Assembly (NCBI GenBank): GCA_048013815.1
Contig: CM106585.1
Coordinates: 12,586,001-12,650,000, forward strand
DNA length: 64,000 nt
Direction of reading: 5' to 3'
Source: Setoptus koraiensis
Lineage: Eukaryota > Animalia > Arthropoda
Part shown: piece after piece, positions 13,601 to 26,965 of the stretch
Layout of the letters: the number at the start of each line of letters is the position of its first letter
Numbering within the stretch: position 1 is the stretch's first letter
Program-made: the position numbers and the translations under genes
The notes under the pieces: generated by a model
What the model was told of the DNA's origin: nothing
Database searches by the model: none
The model's input: only the letters and a program-made list of their open reading frames with translations

Positions 13601-16524
13601 GATCGTGTTCGCATACACATATTGTAATAAAAAAATAATATGATAATAATATCATCAGCCGATGTAATCAAATGTTCACTACTCCCGTTTATTTGACATG
13701 GGTGCGCGTGTGCGCGCAACAAAATGCAAATTTATACCGCCTCGCCGGGCCACTGGGCCACTGGAGCCATCGCAGCCATTGTGTTTGCTTGCGCTTCTTT
13801 TCTAATTTTTCGCTACTCGTTTTACGTTTGCCCTCGCCTCTGCCAACTGGCCCGCCGACTGGCTCGTCGACTGGCTCGCCGGCTGGCTTGTCGACTGGCT
13901 TGCCAGCGACACTGCGGGCCCCAATGGCTTGACAGCGCGCGCGACACAACGACCAGCGACATGCACAGATAGCAGATAGATGGCAACTGGAACCGGATGT
14001 TGGAACATGAAGTAACAATGTTAAACGCATTAGCCATTGTGTCACTAGACACTGGCCGACACTGTCTAGACTCGCTGCTCGTGTTGGCCCGGCCAACGAA
14101 CAAACGAGCAAGCGAGCGAGCGACCGATAAACAAACACTGCAACTCAAATTGCCAGCCACCGCCGCCGCTAATACCGCCGAGACATCCTGTGCGATACCT
14201 GTCACAGATTATTATGTGCGCGCGCGCGCCGGGGCCCCTTTTGAGGCCCCGTCCTTTTGGCGTGTCCTTTTGACGCTTTTGTCATTAATGTGGTTATAGT
14301 GGCGCCAAAAATAACTCGCGCGCGCTGGCCTGGCCCCCAAATAACCCGGCGAATGGCGCCTCACTGACTGGCTAGCAAACTGACTCAGCGGTCCCACTGA
14401 GTCACTCGAGGGCGCGTCGCCTTCAGATTTGATTGGCCGATCCGTCACAAACATTAGCTCGTTCCGTCATGTGGCAATCTAAAGTAGGCAATGCAATTAG
14501 TTGGCTCGGGCCTCGAATAATCCGGCCTGACAGCACTGCAACAATCGCTGCCGCCAACGACGCAAACTGGGGCCAATTGTCGCAACGGCCTTGCCACTGG
14601 CGCCACCACTAATGACTCGCAAATATACATGCATGCCATGGTGCAAATCGTATATATACTGTACGCATGCTGTAGTGCATGAGCTGTATATATACACACA
14701 CGCGGATGTGTGACGCGGATGTGTGACATTGTGGGCCCGACGGGTCCTCAAATCGGCATGTCACATGTAAATGGGGCGCTCGCATTATCCATATTATCCG
14801 TATATTATCAATGGCGCGCCAAGAAATGGTCGCCAGCGGTATGGTAGGCCAGCGTCGGCGGCCAATCTCTGCCAACAATGATGCGTCAAAAACCCTTTTT
14901 TGTGTCGCGACTCGCGAGCGAAACAGATTTCAACCGCTGCTGCTGCTATTATCATAAAACTGACACAGACTGTTTATCTGGCTGTCAGAGTTGATTTGAG
15001 GCGCCGGCAGCGGCACACTTACAGCGCAATAAATGGTATAAACAAAACATTTGCCAAACATTAACAATATCGCGCCCGTATGCAAATGTATTCGCAGCCG
15101 TCATGAATGTCAAGCCAGATGAATGGCGAGCCAGCAAATGTCGGGCCGGCGAATGTCAGACGAATGGCGAATGTCAGACGAATGGCGAATGTCAGGCGAA
15201 TGGCAAGACGGGCACGGCGCGCTCAATGAATAAAACGGGCCTAACGGAGCGCGCTAATTAGCTACGGGCAAACATTTATTATATTTCGTTGTAACGGCCG
15301 GCTCGTTGTGCCGGCCTCAAATGGCCCCGGCGCACAACTATTAAGATCATTATAATAAACACCAAACATGGCGAAAACAAGAGATGAGATCCAGAGCCAT
15401 CAAGTTTGTTTGCAAGCAATTTAACAACATACTCTCGTGCCTCTCTTAGTCCCATATCCGGCTGGCAATTGCTGCCATGGTTACTACTACTAGTGACTTG
15501 CTAGACGGCCGCCCAGCGGGGCCCACTAACCGAACCAGCCCAGGCCGTCGTTCCACTGACCGTCAGCGATTGAGACCGTCAGTGGTCTGACGGACAGTCG
15601 GACGGAAATTCGCAAATTCCGACAGCCGCTCGGACGGTCACGTTTAGACGGGCCAACAATTGCCGGACGCTGGCCATTGTTGGCCGCCGTCGGGCATGTT
15701 CACAGTTGGTCGGTCAGCCTGCAAACCAAACACAAAGGAGCGGGCAAGAGCAAGAATTTTGCAACTCTTTGTCGAGCCACTTGATCCCATTGGCCCCCAA
15801 CTGATCGCGTCAGTGCACCTCTGCATTCATTGTTCTCAAAATTTATAGGCCATAGTGGGCGATCATTGTTGTCGGCGCCATGAAACTTTCGCGATCATTG
15901 GCCCAACCCTCGAACTGTGGTTCGGCCCCAGCTCAGTGTGCCAGTTGTGTCCATTCTGCTGGCCAACAGAATGGACTGAACCGGTTCAGCAGGTTGCCGC
16001 CGGTCTGGTTCGTTGCGGCGATATAAATAACAAAACAAAAAAGTGAGCGGCGGCCAGAAATTTTAGAGTTGGCCCATTTGAGCGTCGCCCTTTAGTGGCC
16101 ACTTGAAGATCACGGCAGCCAGTTGATAAAGTTGATAACGAGACCAGATAAGACCCCATTAATGGGGCCAGCTGGGGGCCCGGCGCAAAATATAATGCCA
16201 TTGTCGGCGCTAATAATGTGCGTGAGCCCAGTTTATCTCTCAGACAATTCGAGAGTAATGAGATGCTGTTGTTGTTGTTGTTGTATCTTGCGCGCCGTTG
16301 TTACTTACCTATTGATACCTATGACTGTCATGGTGGCCACGGATACAAAAACACTTAGCGTAACTATTTTATTTAATCCCATTGTAGATTGGTGGATAAA
16401 GCGGCCGGGTGGCGGGCGGCGGGCGCAAGTGGTGCGGCGAGCGGTCGTAGGGCCGGCCAGGCAGAGGGGGGGGGGCGAAACGCAGAAAGAAATTTTATCT
16501 TTTTAGTATACGGCTATCTCATGT

Positions 16525-16560
<36 letters not shown>

Positions 16561-19131
16561 GCTGCTGCCGCCGTTGTTGAGCTCAACATTTCGCTTGGGC
16601 ATTGTTGCGGCGCTTTCCGCGAGGTGTTACCAAATCAACGAAGGATAAACAAGTCGTTAAAATACAACTCGTCCCCTGCCTGTGGGGCCCCCGAGAACGC
16701 GCTCGAAAAGCGGCTAAGGGCAGCCAATCAGTTGGCCACTGGCCAACATAATCATTGCGCGTTAATCGAGCCAGCCGGGCCCCGCTAATAGTCCACTAAT
16801 GCGATATACTGTTGCGTTCATCAAGTGCCACTTTCTTTGAAAGAAATTCTTTCCACTTGAGGTTGAGATCAAAACAATTCTTACTTACCGACAAATCTTA
16901 CTATTGGGCACATGAAGGCGGGAAATATCCATCTACCGAGCATATATTCGGTGTATGTGAAGGCTGCGTGGAACAGTATTTATGATGGCAATATACAATA
17001 CGATGGTAATATACAACAGATGGATTAGTATGATATGGCGAGATGGTTTGCGGCGGCCAACACCGCCAGTAAATTGATTGGCACACTCATTGCGAATGAG
17101 CGGCTTAGAATTTTCTTGGAATTTTCTTGGAATTTTCTTAGAATTTTCTCAGAATTTTCGCAAGTAGCCGAGGGCCGGTTCGCTGTTGGCGGCTTTTTGC
17201 TATTCGCGGCCACTTGCTGTAGGCGGCCGAAGTGGGCCCAAGTTTCGCCCGAAATTCCTCAAACGACGAAGAGACATCAGGCGATAATCTTTGCAAGTAT
17301 CGCAGCGCATTCGTATGCTGGCAGCAAGCGCTCTTCATCAAACAATTGCTTGCTCTGGCGAGCGAAAAAAACAAATTAAAAAACGCACAACCGATTATCA
17401 AATGGCCGCAGCATCAACGCCGAAACAATGGCCGTGACAAGCCAGTTGTTCGCCAAGTCAACTGGGGCTCCTCGGATATCCCGAGCGAACCACTTAGCGA
17501 GCCGAATGAGAAATGGTGTGAGTGAGAGAGGTACATCGAAAACACTTGTTCGCTTGTAGCCGCCAGTTTCGCGCTTCGTTGGCCATTGGCAATATATTAT
17601 TATAGGGCTCGTAAAACGATTACTCCAACAAAAAATATAAGCTCTCCAAACAGCAACGTCCATACATCTTTGATTTGCGTACTAGGACGCGTTGCAACAG
17701 CGCCAATAAAAAAGTAGCGATAATAAATGGTACTTTTGGCCAATTTATCGAGAAGAGCCATCGGCGGCATCAAATGACCACGCCGAGTTAGTGGATGGCG
17801 CAAGCCTCGCGCCTGTCGGATATAGATATCGGATATATATCGGATATAGTTGGGATATATATCGGATATTTATATCGCGATAGCAGATATATATAGACGG
17901 GGCCCGAGAGGAGCCGCGTGCGGCCCAAGTGAGTGCACGGTAGCCCAATTGTAAGACGCGAACCACATTGCTTCTCGTGGCAGTGGCCGCTCGGACGATT
18001 CTTCGCTCGGCCGAGTCTTGACAGCAACGAGCAAGTCAAGTGGTCAAGCCAACAAATGTGGCTACATTGCAACTTTGGGGCCGGATACACGTGCGTCCGG
18101 CCCCAAACTTGGCCACGTTGGCCCCAAACTTGGCCACACAGTTGGCCGTGCACCGCCAGCCAATTAAGCCAATATGATGAGGCCGACATAATCTAGTGAT
18201 TAACATCTCGTGAGAATGTTGATCATGTCCGGCCGATCGTGCTGATGCTGGCAATTCTCGGGGCCGGCTCGTGAGCTCGAAATACGGCGAGCTCGTGAGC
18301 CCGGAACACGGCGGAACACGGCGAGCGGTCAGCTTCTTATGTATGCAATTATTCATAGTTATTCGTGGCCGCAGAAGACGTGGCCAAGAATGGCCTTGTT
18401 ACGTGGCTGCTTGTGGCCGAGATACGACGCGAATGGCAACGAGATGAGCGAGAATGCAATAAAGCGAAAAATAAACAACGGCTCATCTCCGCGCGCCCAA
18501 CAACAACAACAACAATCCTGCCAATATCATTATGTCCGAGGAATATATAATATATCTGCAATATATCCAGACTATATATTGCATTACAATGTCGGATTGG
18601 ATTGCCGCAAAGCTCGCTCGCCGGCCGTAACAACGGCCGAGTTCATGTTGTTATGTCATTTGTGGCGCGGCGACGTAATTGCCAGCCTGACACGCGATGA
18701 CACGATGCGCCCCACGGGTCACCATGCCACCGTGACGGGGCCAAGATGATGCAGCGGCCTTCGAGGGGCCAAGATGCAGCGGCTTTCGAGGGGCCGGCAT
18801 GATGCAGTGCGCGAGGGGCCCGCATGATGCAGTGCGCGAGGGCCGAGGGGCCTCTTTACTTACGTATGGAGAAGCAGCTCATAAGCAGATCGGACACGGA
18901 CAAGTTGATGAGGTATTTGCGCAACTCTGAAGTGTTTTGTTTGCCGCGAACTAAAACCACAACAGTTATAACATTCAATATAAATGACACCACCGCTGTC
19001 AAACTATATAATATCACCAGAAACAGTTGCCAGGGCACATCCAGAGCCTCCAATTGATACAAAGTCTCGTCCTGGTCGCGATCGCTCTTCGGGGCCCCTA
19101 TGTTGGCCACCTGCATTTGGTGGGGGTCCAT
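8703..19131 (-). CDS. Class A (rhodopsin-like) neuropeptide GPCR, leucokinin/RYamide/tachykinin-receptor-like, ~408 aa
   Basis: Exons 19131-18864, 16963-16889, 16363-16309 and 9531-8703; introns 1900, 525 and 6777 bp, all GTAAGT...AG with phases 1, 1, 2; total 1227 nt. Spliced protein shows TM1 (ILYSLTAVVSFILNVITVVV), TM2 (YLINLSVSDLL...IPFTY), ECL1 (GRWIFPAFMCP), TM3 ending INRHMAI, TM4 (VWLLGFAISLP), ICL3 (PGNAD..RD), TM6 (FAVFWLPLQ) and TM7 (HWLSMAHSCLNPLIYCFMN). The two small internal exons are not in the ORF track. The subfamily assignment is tentative. Confidence 0.92.
10604..10695. repeat. (GCTGTT)n hexanucleotide microsatellite in GPCR intron 3
   Basis: About 15 units. It explains the spurious poly-L, poly-AV, poly-AT and poly-SN ORFs in the track. 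Confidence 0.95.
11427..11477. repeat. 3 copies of a 16-bp tandem repeat (TCGGGCCCAATGTCAG)
   Basis: Perfect copies at 11427, 11443 and 11459; each carries a GGGCCC. Confidence 0.95.
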
Positions 19132-21243
19132 GGTTGGCCCGTTGGACGAGGCTTGCTCTCTCTGTTCGGTTGCTTTCTATGGGGACGGTGATTATATGCG
19201 ACGCTTATTATCTGTGCGATACAAATATTTCTGTGGATACTTTGTCTTTTGGAAATGCTTTCTCTATTCTATCTATTTATTTGCGCACTGATTGTGTTTT
19301 CTGCAGCTAATTGCCTTGTCTGGTCTGTTCGCAAACTGTATGTTGCGAGTATGTTCGAATCTAGCTTAATCTGGGGCTCACAATCTCGGCCACACAATTT
19401 GACAATTTTTCTTCTAATGGTAACATCCTTATGTCATGGGCTCTGTTGATCGCACTACCAATTCACTTGTCATGCCTCTTGCTGGCTCAATTGCTGCTAC
19501 TTGTTGTTTTGCCCGTTGTTTTCTTCGCTGATGCGTTCGCTGATACATTCGCTGATGTGTTCGCCGATATCTGACTGGTATGCGCGTTCGCGGCCCCAGA
19601 TTTCGCGGCGATTGTTGAGATATTGAGATTGATTGCTGAACTGGTTGAGACTGTCGAATAATTCGCTGGTTTCGCGCTCGTCGCGCCGATTCCGTCGCGA
19701 ACTCGCCAATGATGAACGAGATGAATCGAAATTGAGCAACGGCCAACTATTACGGATAACTAATGTGGTGTCCGACACAAATCAGCACAAATCGTCACTA
19801 AACGATTTTCGCGGGTGACGCCATCATTTCCATTGTTGCAAACTGCGGGGCCCCCGTTCGTGCCTCATTCATGATTTTGTGGTGTGCGCAATTCACAATG
19901 AATTGAATTTAATGTCGATTATGTGAGCTAACTGCGTGCTCGTCGTGTGCAGTTTCAATCTTGGCGATGGCGACAAGTCGTGGCATGTTGCCTATTGGGC
20001 ACAATTGGGGGGGGGGACACAATTGATTTCTTTTCTTTATATATTATATATTCGTCGCTATAGGCATTTGACTTGATTCGATATTGTTGACTTGATTTGA
20101 TATTGACTGATCAGTCGCTGTGGCGAGTGTGACGACTTGTCGCTGCTTGTAACAACGACAAGGCAATGTTGCATAACCATAGACAACAGACGAAACGACG
20201 CTTGACTGTCGATTCCAAAGCAACTTTTTCCGCTAGACGCCCAGCTAGAATTGCAATTTTCGCTAGTTGGGGGCACAGTTTTGCGAGTCGGGGGGCGATA
20301 GTTGTGCTAGTTGGGCTAGTTGGGGGCGCACAGTTCTGCTAGTTGGGCAGAGGGGATAATTTTGCCGCGCTGCGCGCCGGGGCCCGAGCCATGGCATGCG
20401 CTTTTTCGCCCCCCCCCCCCATTTCGCTTGCGAGCGTGCGCATGTTGTTGCATTGGCATGCTCTTTTTCGAGCGGCCTGACAGCGGCGCGAATGTCGCTA
20501 GGCGCCCCCGTCTGACACGCCGTCGCCTATAGGCGCCGGCCTATGACGCTCGCTTCCGCCGCAGTTGGTCGGCGTTGACCTTGGCCTCGGTTGGCGCTGC
20601 ATGCGGGCTGGTGTGCCAACTGTTTTGGTAGCACCCCTCCCCCCCCATGACAGATAGTTTTGCGTTGGACGGAACGAGAAAAAACTGGCAGCTCGTCAGC
20701 GGGCGCTGCCGGCCAGTCGCTGACGAACAGGAGAGAAAAAAATTAGCAACTTGATTCGTTGTCGCTCGATTCGTTGTTCCGTGCCGGCCGGGCCACTCTG
20801 GCGAATTCGAATGGGCCCCAACAACATTATCACCTGTGATTACTTAATTTATATACGCCATCAAATGCACATCAGCGCACATACACACAGCATGTCAGCC
20901 AGACGCGCGCTCCCTTTCCATTCACTCAAACCCATTCGCTGGGCCCCTTCGCTGGGCCGGTTTTTTCTCGTTGGGGCCCCAAGTAACTTGGGCCAAGTTT
21001 GAGTGAGGCGGGGGCGAGTTGTCGCTTTTGAGCTGGCCATTGGCGACAGTTGCCGGCAAGACACAAACATCGCAAGCAAACAAACGGTCATTTGTTAGAT
21101 AGATAAATATCAGCTTGCTTGTCAGTTGACAATTCGCACTTCAATTGGCGCACACAATAATGAGATTACATAATATGTATATAACGGTGTATGACCTAAT
21201 CTTGGTTTATGCACCTTGCCCAATGACTGGCATTTAGTGTCCG

Positions 21244-21321
21244 CTACAACTGTATGCCACAACTGTATGCTACAATTGTATGCTACAACTGTATGCTACA
21301 ATTGTATGCTACAATTGTATG
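21244..21321. repeat. 6 copies of a 13-bp tandem repeat (CTACAAYTGTATG)
   Basis: Read directly from the sequence. Confidence 0.9.
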
Positions 21322-21717
21322 CGAGACAATCAGGATGTCATGTAATGTGATGCCGCTTCCGCGTCATGCCATTAACACTGGCACGACAACAGTCTCAGCC
21401 TCAGCAGCGGATGATCAGCGAGATGCTTGATTATGCTAATGAGCTGCTTGCAAAATAACATTAGTAGTTGCATTAATAACTTGCCAACAACGCTCACCTG
21501 ACCTCCTCGATGATAATCCATTGTTTGGCTTGTTTATTGCTCGCTTGCTTGATTCCTTTGTTTATTATTATTATTATTATTATTATTGTTTGCTAGGCAT
21601 TTTATTACAACAGTTTGCAAGTGTTCAGTCGGTCCTCTATTTGGTGACAGTTGCGTGCGACACACAATACCAACATCATTTGTACATTTATTTACATCGA
21701 GTTTGTATCACTTCTAA

Positions 21718-21842
21718 CTCGTGATTGTGTCACTTCTAGCTCGTGATTGTGTAACCTCGAACTCGTGATTGTGTCACCTCGAACTCGTGATTGTGTCACC
21801 TCGAACTCGTGATTGTGTCACTTCGAACTCGTGATTGTGTCA
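21718..21842. repeat. About 5.7 copies of a 22-bp minisatellite (CTCGTGATTGTGTCACYTCGAA)
   Basis: Units start at 21718, 21740, 21762, 21784, 21806 and 21828, with 0-3 substitutions each. There are no unique spacers, so it is not CRISPR-like. Confidence 0.95.
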
Positions 21843-24800
21843 AATGTATCTTGTTTAACGCCACATTATTCCAACCGTTCTCGCCACCCGTCCAACCATT
21901 ACATAACAACATAAATAAACAGGTAAGTGCCGCTGCTTTTCTGCATTCTATCGGCACTGCTGTGGCGGGTCCGATGGGACCCGCCACAGCAGCATCGGGA
22001 TTTGCCAGAGAGGGGCCGGCCGGCCAGCCGGCAACAATTTGTATGTTTGAGGCACGCGATTGACACCGGTGAGCCGATGTCGGCCCAACATCCATGGCGC
22101 GTGTCATCATGTAAGATTGGCCCCAATTGACGACAACTCTCCAGTGGACTCTTGTCTACTGGAAGACAACCATCCGAAGGGGCCCCAATTTCGCTCGTTT
22201 TCCGCTTGTGCACCATCACCCGATTCACTGTCGCACAAACGACCCTAAATGGATATAAATAGATAAATAAATATAATTCGGCTTCTAGTCGGCCATTCGG
22301 CGCGCAAAACACCTTCGGTGTCTCACTACTGGAACTCACCCAGTCAGTCTGTCGAGCTCGCAACTGGGGATCGCAGCCACATATCCACGCCGACACGAGT
22401 TGATTCGTCGAAATTGGCATCATGAATACCGTTTCGGTGGCCAAGTTAAATGTCGATTGCGCACCGATCTCATCCAATATCGGGTCAATATGAGCAAAAA
22501 AAAAGAGGCATCGATCGATGGGGAAAGCCCACAAAGATCGGCAACCCTTTCACCACAGAGCGCAAAATAGATTATGAAAGAAAAGAAAACTTCTCCGTTT
22601 TTTTTTAATAAAAAAGTGCCTCGCCAGCCACTGACATTTGTATTTATAGAGCCAGGTCGACGGAAAGCATAACCAGCAAATTCACATTTTCGGGGGCCCC
22701 TTACAATCGGCGAGCGATGAGCGCTTGAGCGCTGTTCGTTTGTGCCAATGGCAGCATGTTTTTTCTCTATCGACTTTCCGCCTCCATTGGGCGTCGGGTC
22801 GGCGGCCTATGCGGGTGCCAAAATAGAGGCTTCGAAAGATCCAACGAATAGCTCAATCGTTTCGCGAGGCGCCATCAGAATGCTGGCCAGACAGCGACTC
22901 TTTTCTTTTCATGGCGCCAAAGAGAGAGATTATTTTTTCTTCTTTCATGTGGGATCTCACTGGTAAACAGTGGTATGAATTGTTAATTTCTCGAATTCTG
23001 TAATCGAGTTTCGAGCGACGCGACTCGCCCGGCCGAAACGGGCTTTACCTTGTCAGCAACAAAACGCCGACCAACACTGGCTGCTATAAACTGTTCGCTT
23101 GAAAATCAATAATATAATAATTTTTCACAAATCAGCCGTGCCCAATCGAGTTGCCGCGATCGGATTACGCCCGGCTGCGGATCGGCCCTCAACATCGGCG
23201 TACCTCTTTGCGTGTCTGTCTCGCTTTTTGTATTTTTCCGTGTTTATCGTTCCGTCTCTATCCGTCTCTATCCGTCTTTTTCCGGCGTTTTCGGCCGTTT
23301 TCAGCCCCGTTTTCAGCCGTTTCCAGCCCCGTTCAGCTCTTGCGCGGCTGCCAACAGCCGGCGCACAGACAGCCAGTCGGGGCCCCTTCCGGCTTTTGAC
23401 GGGGGCCGAACGTGTCGGCGGGGGCACGGCGAGTTACCTTGTTCGATTGCGATTCGGCACGGATTCAAATTAACTTTTGCCTTTCCACTAATGGATGATA
23501 TTTCTTGTGCGGCTGCGTGACGAATCTGTCAATTGCGATTTATTCGCAGCATCCGACATGGAAACGGCACACAGAAACAACCGACGGCGCACAGAAGCGG
23601 ATAAATTGACGACCAAGCGAAAGAGCGCGCCGGTGGGGCCAGTGGGGCCAGTGGGCCCAGCGGGCCCGGCCAGTGGCCGCCGTTGTGACCGCTCGGCTGT
23701 CACGTCCACTCACCACTGTTGCCCGTTTGTTCGGGCCCGCCACCGACAGTGATTTGGCGCTGTTTGTTTTGTGCAACTCTGCATTATTGCTTATTACTAC
23801 TATTGTTACTACTATTGTTACCATAATAGTATTTATAAAAACTGGCCAGCTAATTTTAGCTCGCGTGCGCGTCCGACAAAATTAGCCGTTCGGCCGCATC
23901 GTTGGGCCACTTTGGGCACTTGGGGCACCTCGGGCAGGTCGGCGGTCGACCGGGCCCGGGCAGGACGGGCCAGCGGGCCGAGAATCGATTGCCGGGGCCA
24001 GGTGACGTGCGTCCCATTGCAAAAGCGGGCCCGGCCGATGCTGCCGAAAAGCGCGTTCGAGGGGCGCCCGATGCAGCGCGCGAGCCCGACAGTTGGCCCG
24101 CTTTTGCAATGCGACGCACCACAATCGATGGGCGCCGGCGTTCGGTGATTTTTGATTCATTTCTAATTCTTCGAAATCGGCCAGCGGCTCCGGCGAACGT
24201 TCGCCCATCGCCGAGGTGCGTGCGATCGACGAACGGGCTCAGGTCGGTGCACAAGTTGCATCATCATGTAATTACCGGCTGTTGCCGCGCATTATAGCGG
24301 ATTTGAATTGTCAGCCGAGAATTCAAATCATCGTCTTACGTTTGCCGCTCTAATATGGCCGCACATCGTTGCCCTAAATCGCGCACCTCCGATTGCGAAT
24401 TCGCGATTCCGGGCTCCCGCTTGCGACTTGGCGCCCCCGCTTGCGATTCCGCACCCCCGGTTGCGTATCCGCCGCTGCGAGCGCAAATTGGCGCCCCAGC
24501 TGGCTCCCCCGGCTGGATATTATTGGGTGGGCGAGCAGATGTGACAGCCGACAATATGAGCGCGTTTGTTTCTCAAATCACTCGCTGGCAGCGAGTCGCT
24601 GCAGCGGATCGTGGGAGCGGCTCGGCGAGCCGGCCCGCGACACTTGCCGCCAGCGACGGATGCCAATATCGGGGTCAAGATCACGCCAGAGCTGCTCGCT
24701 CAAAACAGATCGTTCGTCAAACGGATCATCAAGTCGGCGGCTCGAGACGTCGGCGTCAATCGTTATGGAAATCATTATAATGTCGGTTGCGTAATTGAGA

Positions 24801-26896
24801 CTGTCGATTCGAGCGCAAATGCTCGAAAGTCGCTCGCTCTTGCGGGCCGGCGCTTTCTGTCATTACTGTTAATATTGTCGGCGTCAACCATTCTGGTGGC
24901 AGCACGATGACAGTTGGCGGCTCGTGACAGCTCCGGCTGGCTGTTTGTTGCTGGAAAATGGGAAGAAAAAGCGCGAGATTTGGCCTCACATGTCGCGGGT
25001 CGCACGATGACGGGTGATTTTGTATATTGGTGCGGTTGCGTTTTATCAAATGGTGCTGCAAATGCGCCCATTGTACTTGCCCTATTTGACAGCGTGCCCC
25101 ACAGAGGCCCGACAGCCGAGAATAGCAAATTAACGAGTTGTGACGGGCCGGTGTGTGACTCGGTGCATGACGGCGAGCACGTTCGCCCGAGACGGCTCCG
25201 CATGGAGCGCTCACATTTCGAAGATAATTTGCACACTATTTAGTGAATAGTATTTACCAAGCGATTCCTTCCTCCCGAAAACTTTACTCTTTGCGACTCG
25301 TTGCAAAGTTTGCAATGAGCGGGCACGTGCATTGTTGTGCATCGTCGGCCGAGTAAATCGGATCGGGCCCAGCTCGGATTTATAGCCGCCAGAATGGGGC
25401 GAATCGGGCATAATTGGCGAATGGGGCGAATTGGGCGAGTGGGACACAATTGGGCACAATTGGCGAATCGGGCACAATTGGCGAATTAGGCGCATCGCGC
25501 AATTTCGGCAAATGGGGGGGGGGGCCAACTCGATGCGGCGGCCAATGAGGAAATTAGGCGACAGAGAAAAAAATTACATAACAGCTAAATATTGTTTCGT
25601 CAACTGTGGCGCAATATCTTTATTTGGGTGTGTGTGTAAACAAACAAAATCGATGCGACGCAACAGCACGCACCCGACGCAGCGGATTGGGGCGTTTATT
25701 TGTTTTCATTGGGCGCCCCAGCGACCGGCCCGCTGCAAACATAATTGTTGGCGCCCAACGCAACGCGCCCATTGTCGTGCCATTTTATCATCCACTTCCG
25801 GCGCCGTCTCTCAAACGCTGCAGTAAATCTGCTAAAAGTAAAGCTAACAGATGCGTCTCTGTTAGCTAGTTTGTCGGCCGACAAACAAGCGGCTCGACGG
25901 CGACCTGAGCGCGGGCCCACAATCGGCGCCTCGTCGGTTCGTGCCTCATGGGCACATGTGACATTGCGCGCGCTGATTGGCCTCCGTCGGCAATTATCCG
26001 CCGGGGCGCAAATAGCCCAATAATACGCAATAAAACGCGATGAAACGCGATAAAGCGCAATAATAAAAATACGCAACCAAACGCAACAATACGCGACAAT
26101 ACGCGACAATACGCGACGATACGCGACAATACGCAATGATAATAAGCACAATGAGACTTGATGAGGGGGCCCCGTTCTGCCGTGCCGTTTTGTGTCACTC
26201 TCTCTAATGAGTCGTTAGAGCCGCTTTGGCATCATTAGAAGAACATAGACGGATTAATGCGGGCCACATTGCGAGCCGCGCGACAAGTTGCAATTTGCCA
26301 AGTTTGCTCAGACTCTGAGGCTCAGAGTGCCAAGATCGCGCCAAAGGGGCCCCGGCCCGCGCCACGGCTCAGCCGTCAGTCTCGGGCCGGGCCGGGCTGT
26401 AACTCGTGACTCGCAAGTTGTGAGCCGACGAGAGTGACAAGACGACGAAAGAATGCCAAACGCTAATTAATTATTAATGCTCGCCCAGCGCAACAGCACA
26501 CAAATCTCGTCTGCTGTTTATTAATTAATATATCCCTTCTGTCGGGCCTCAACAGAGTCTGTTGCTCTCGACAGTTGGCGCTGTCTGCGGCAGTCGGCAT
26601 CTCGCCACTGCGACAGTTCATTTCCGATGCTCCGAGACAGTCGCGTAATGGCGACACAGTCGGGCCATTACGAGTTTTCGTGTATTATTTAACATTACGC
26701 AATATTACGCTGTATGCAAAGTTTGTTAATACAAAGTTTGCATTACAAAGGGCGCAAAAAAACGCAAGCGGTCTACTTGCAAGCTAGTGGCAAAATTGGC
26801 ACTCCATTCGGCCGCCGCATAGCGTGCCGATTGTGTCCGCTACGCGCCGCTATCGGTCACTGTCTTCCGGCGCCCCACGATGGATCCCTGTGGCTG

Positions 26897-26965
26897 TCGC
26901 TCGGGTCGCTCGGGTTGCTCGGGTCGCTCGGGTCGCTCGGGTCGCTCGGGTCGCTCGGGTCGCTC
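26897..26965. repeat. About 7 copies of a 9-bp tandem repeat (CTCGGGTCG)
   Basis: Read directly. It produces the spurious DPS/RAT/SGR ORFs in the track. Confidence 0.9.

Noticed and set aside
21718-21842. CRISPR-like appearance of the 22-bp repeat
   Set aside because: The units are directly adjacent with no unique spacers, the context is eukaryotic and there are no cas genes.
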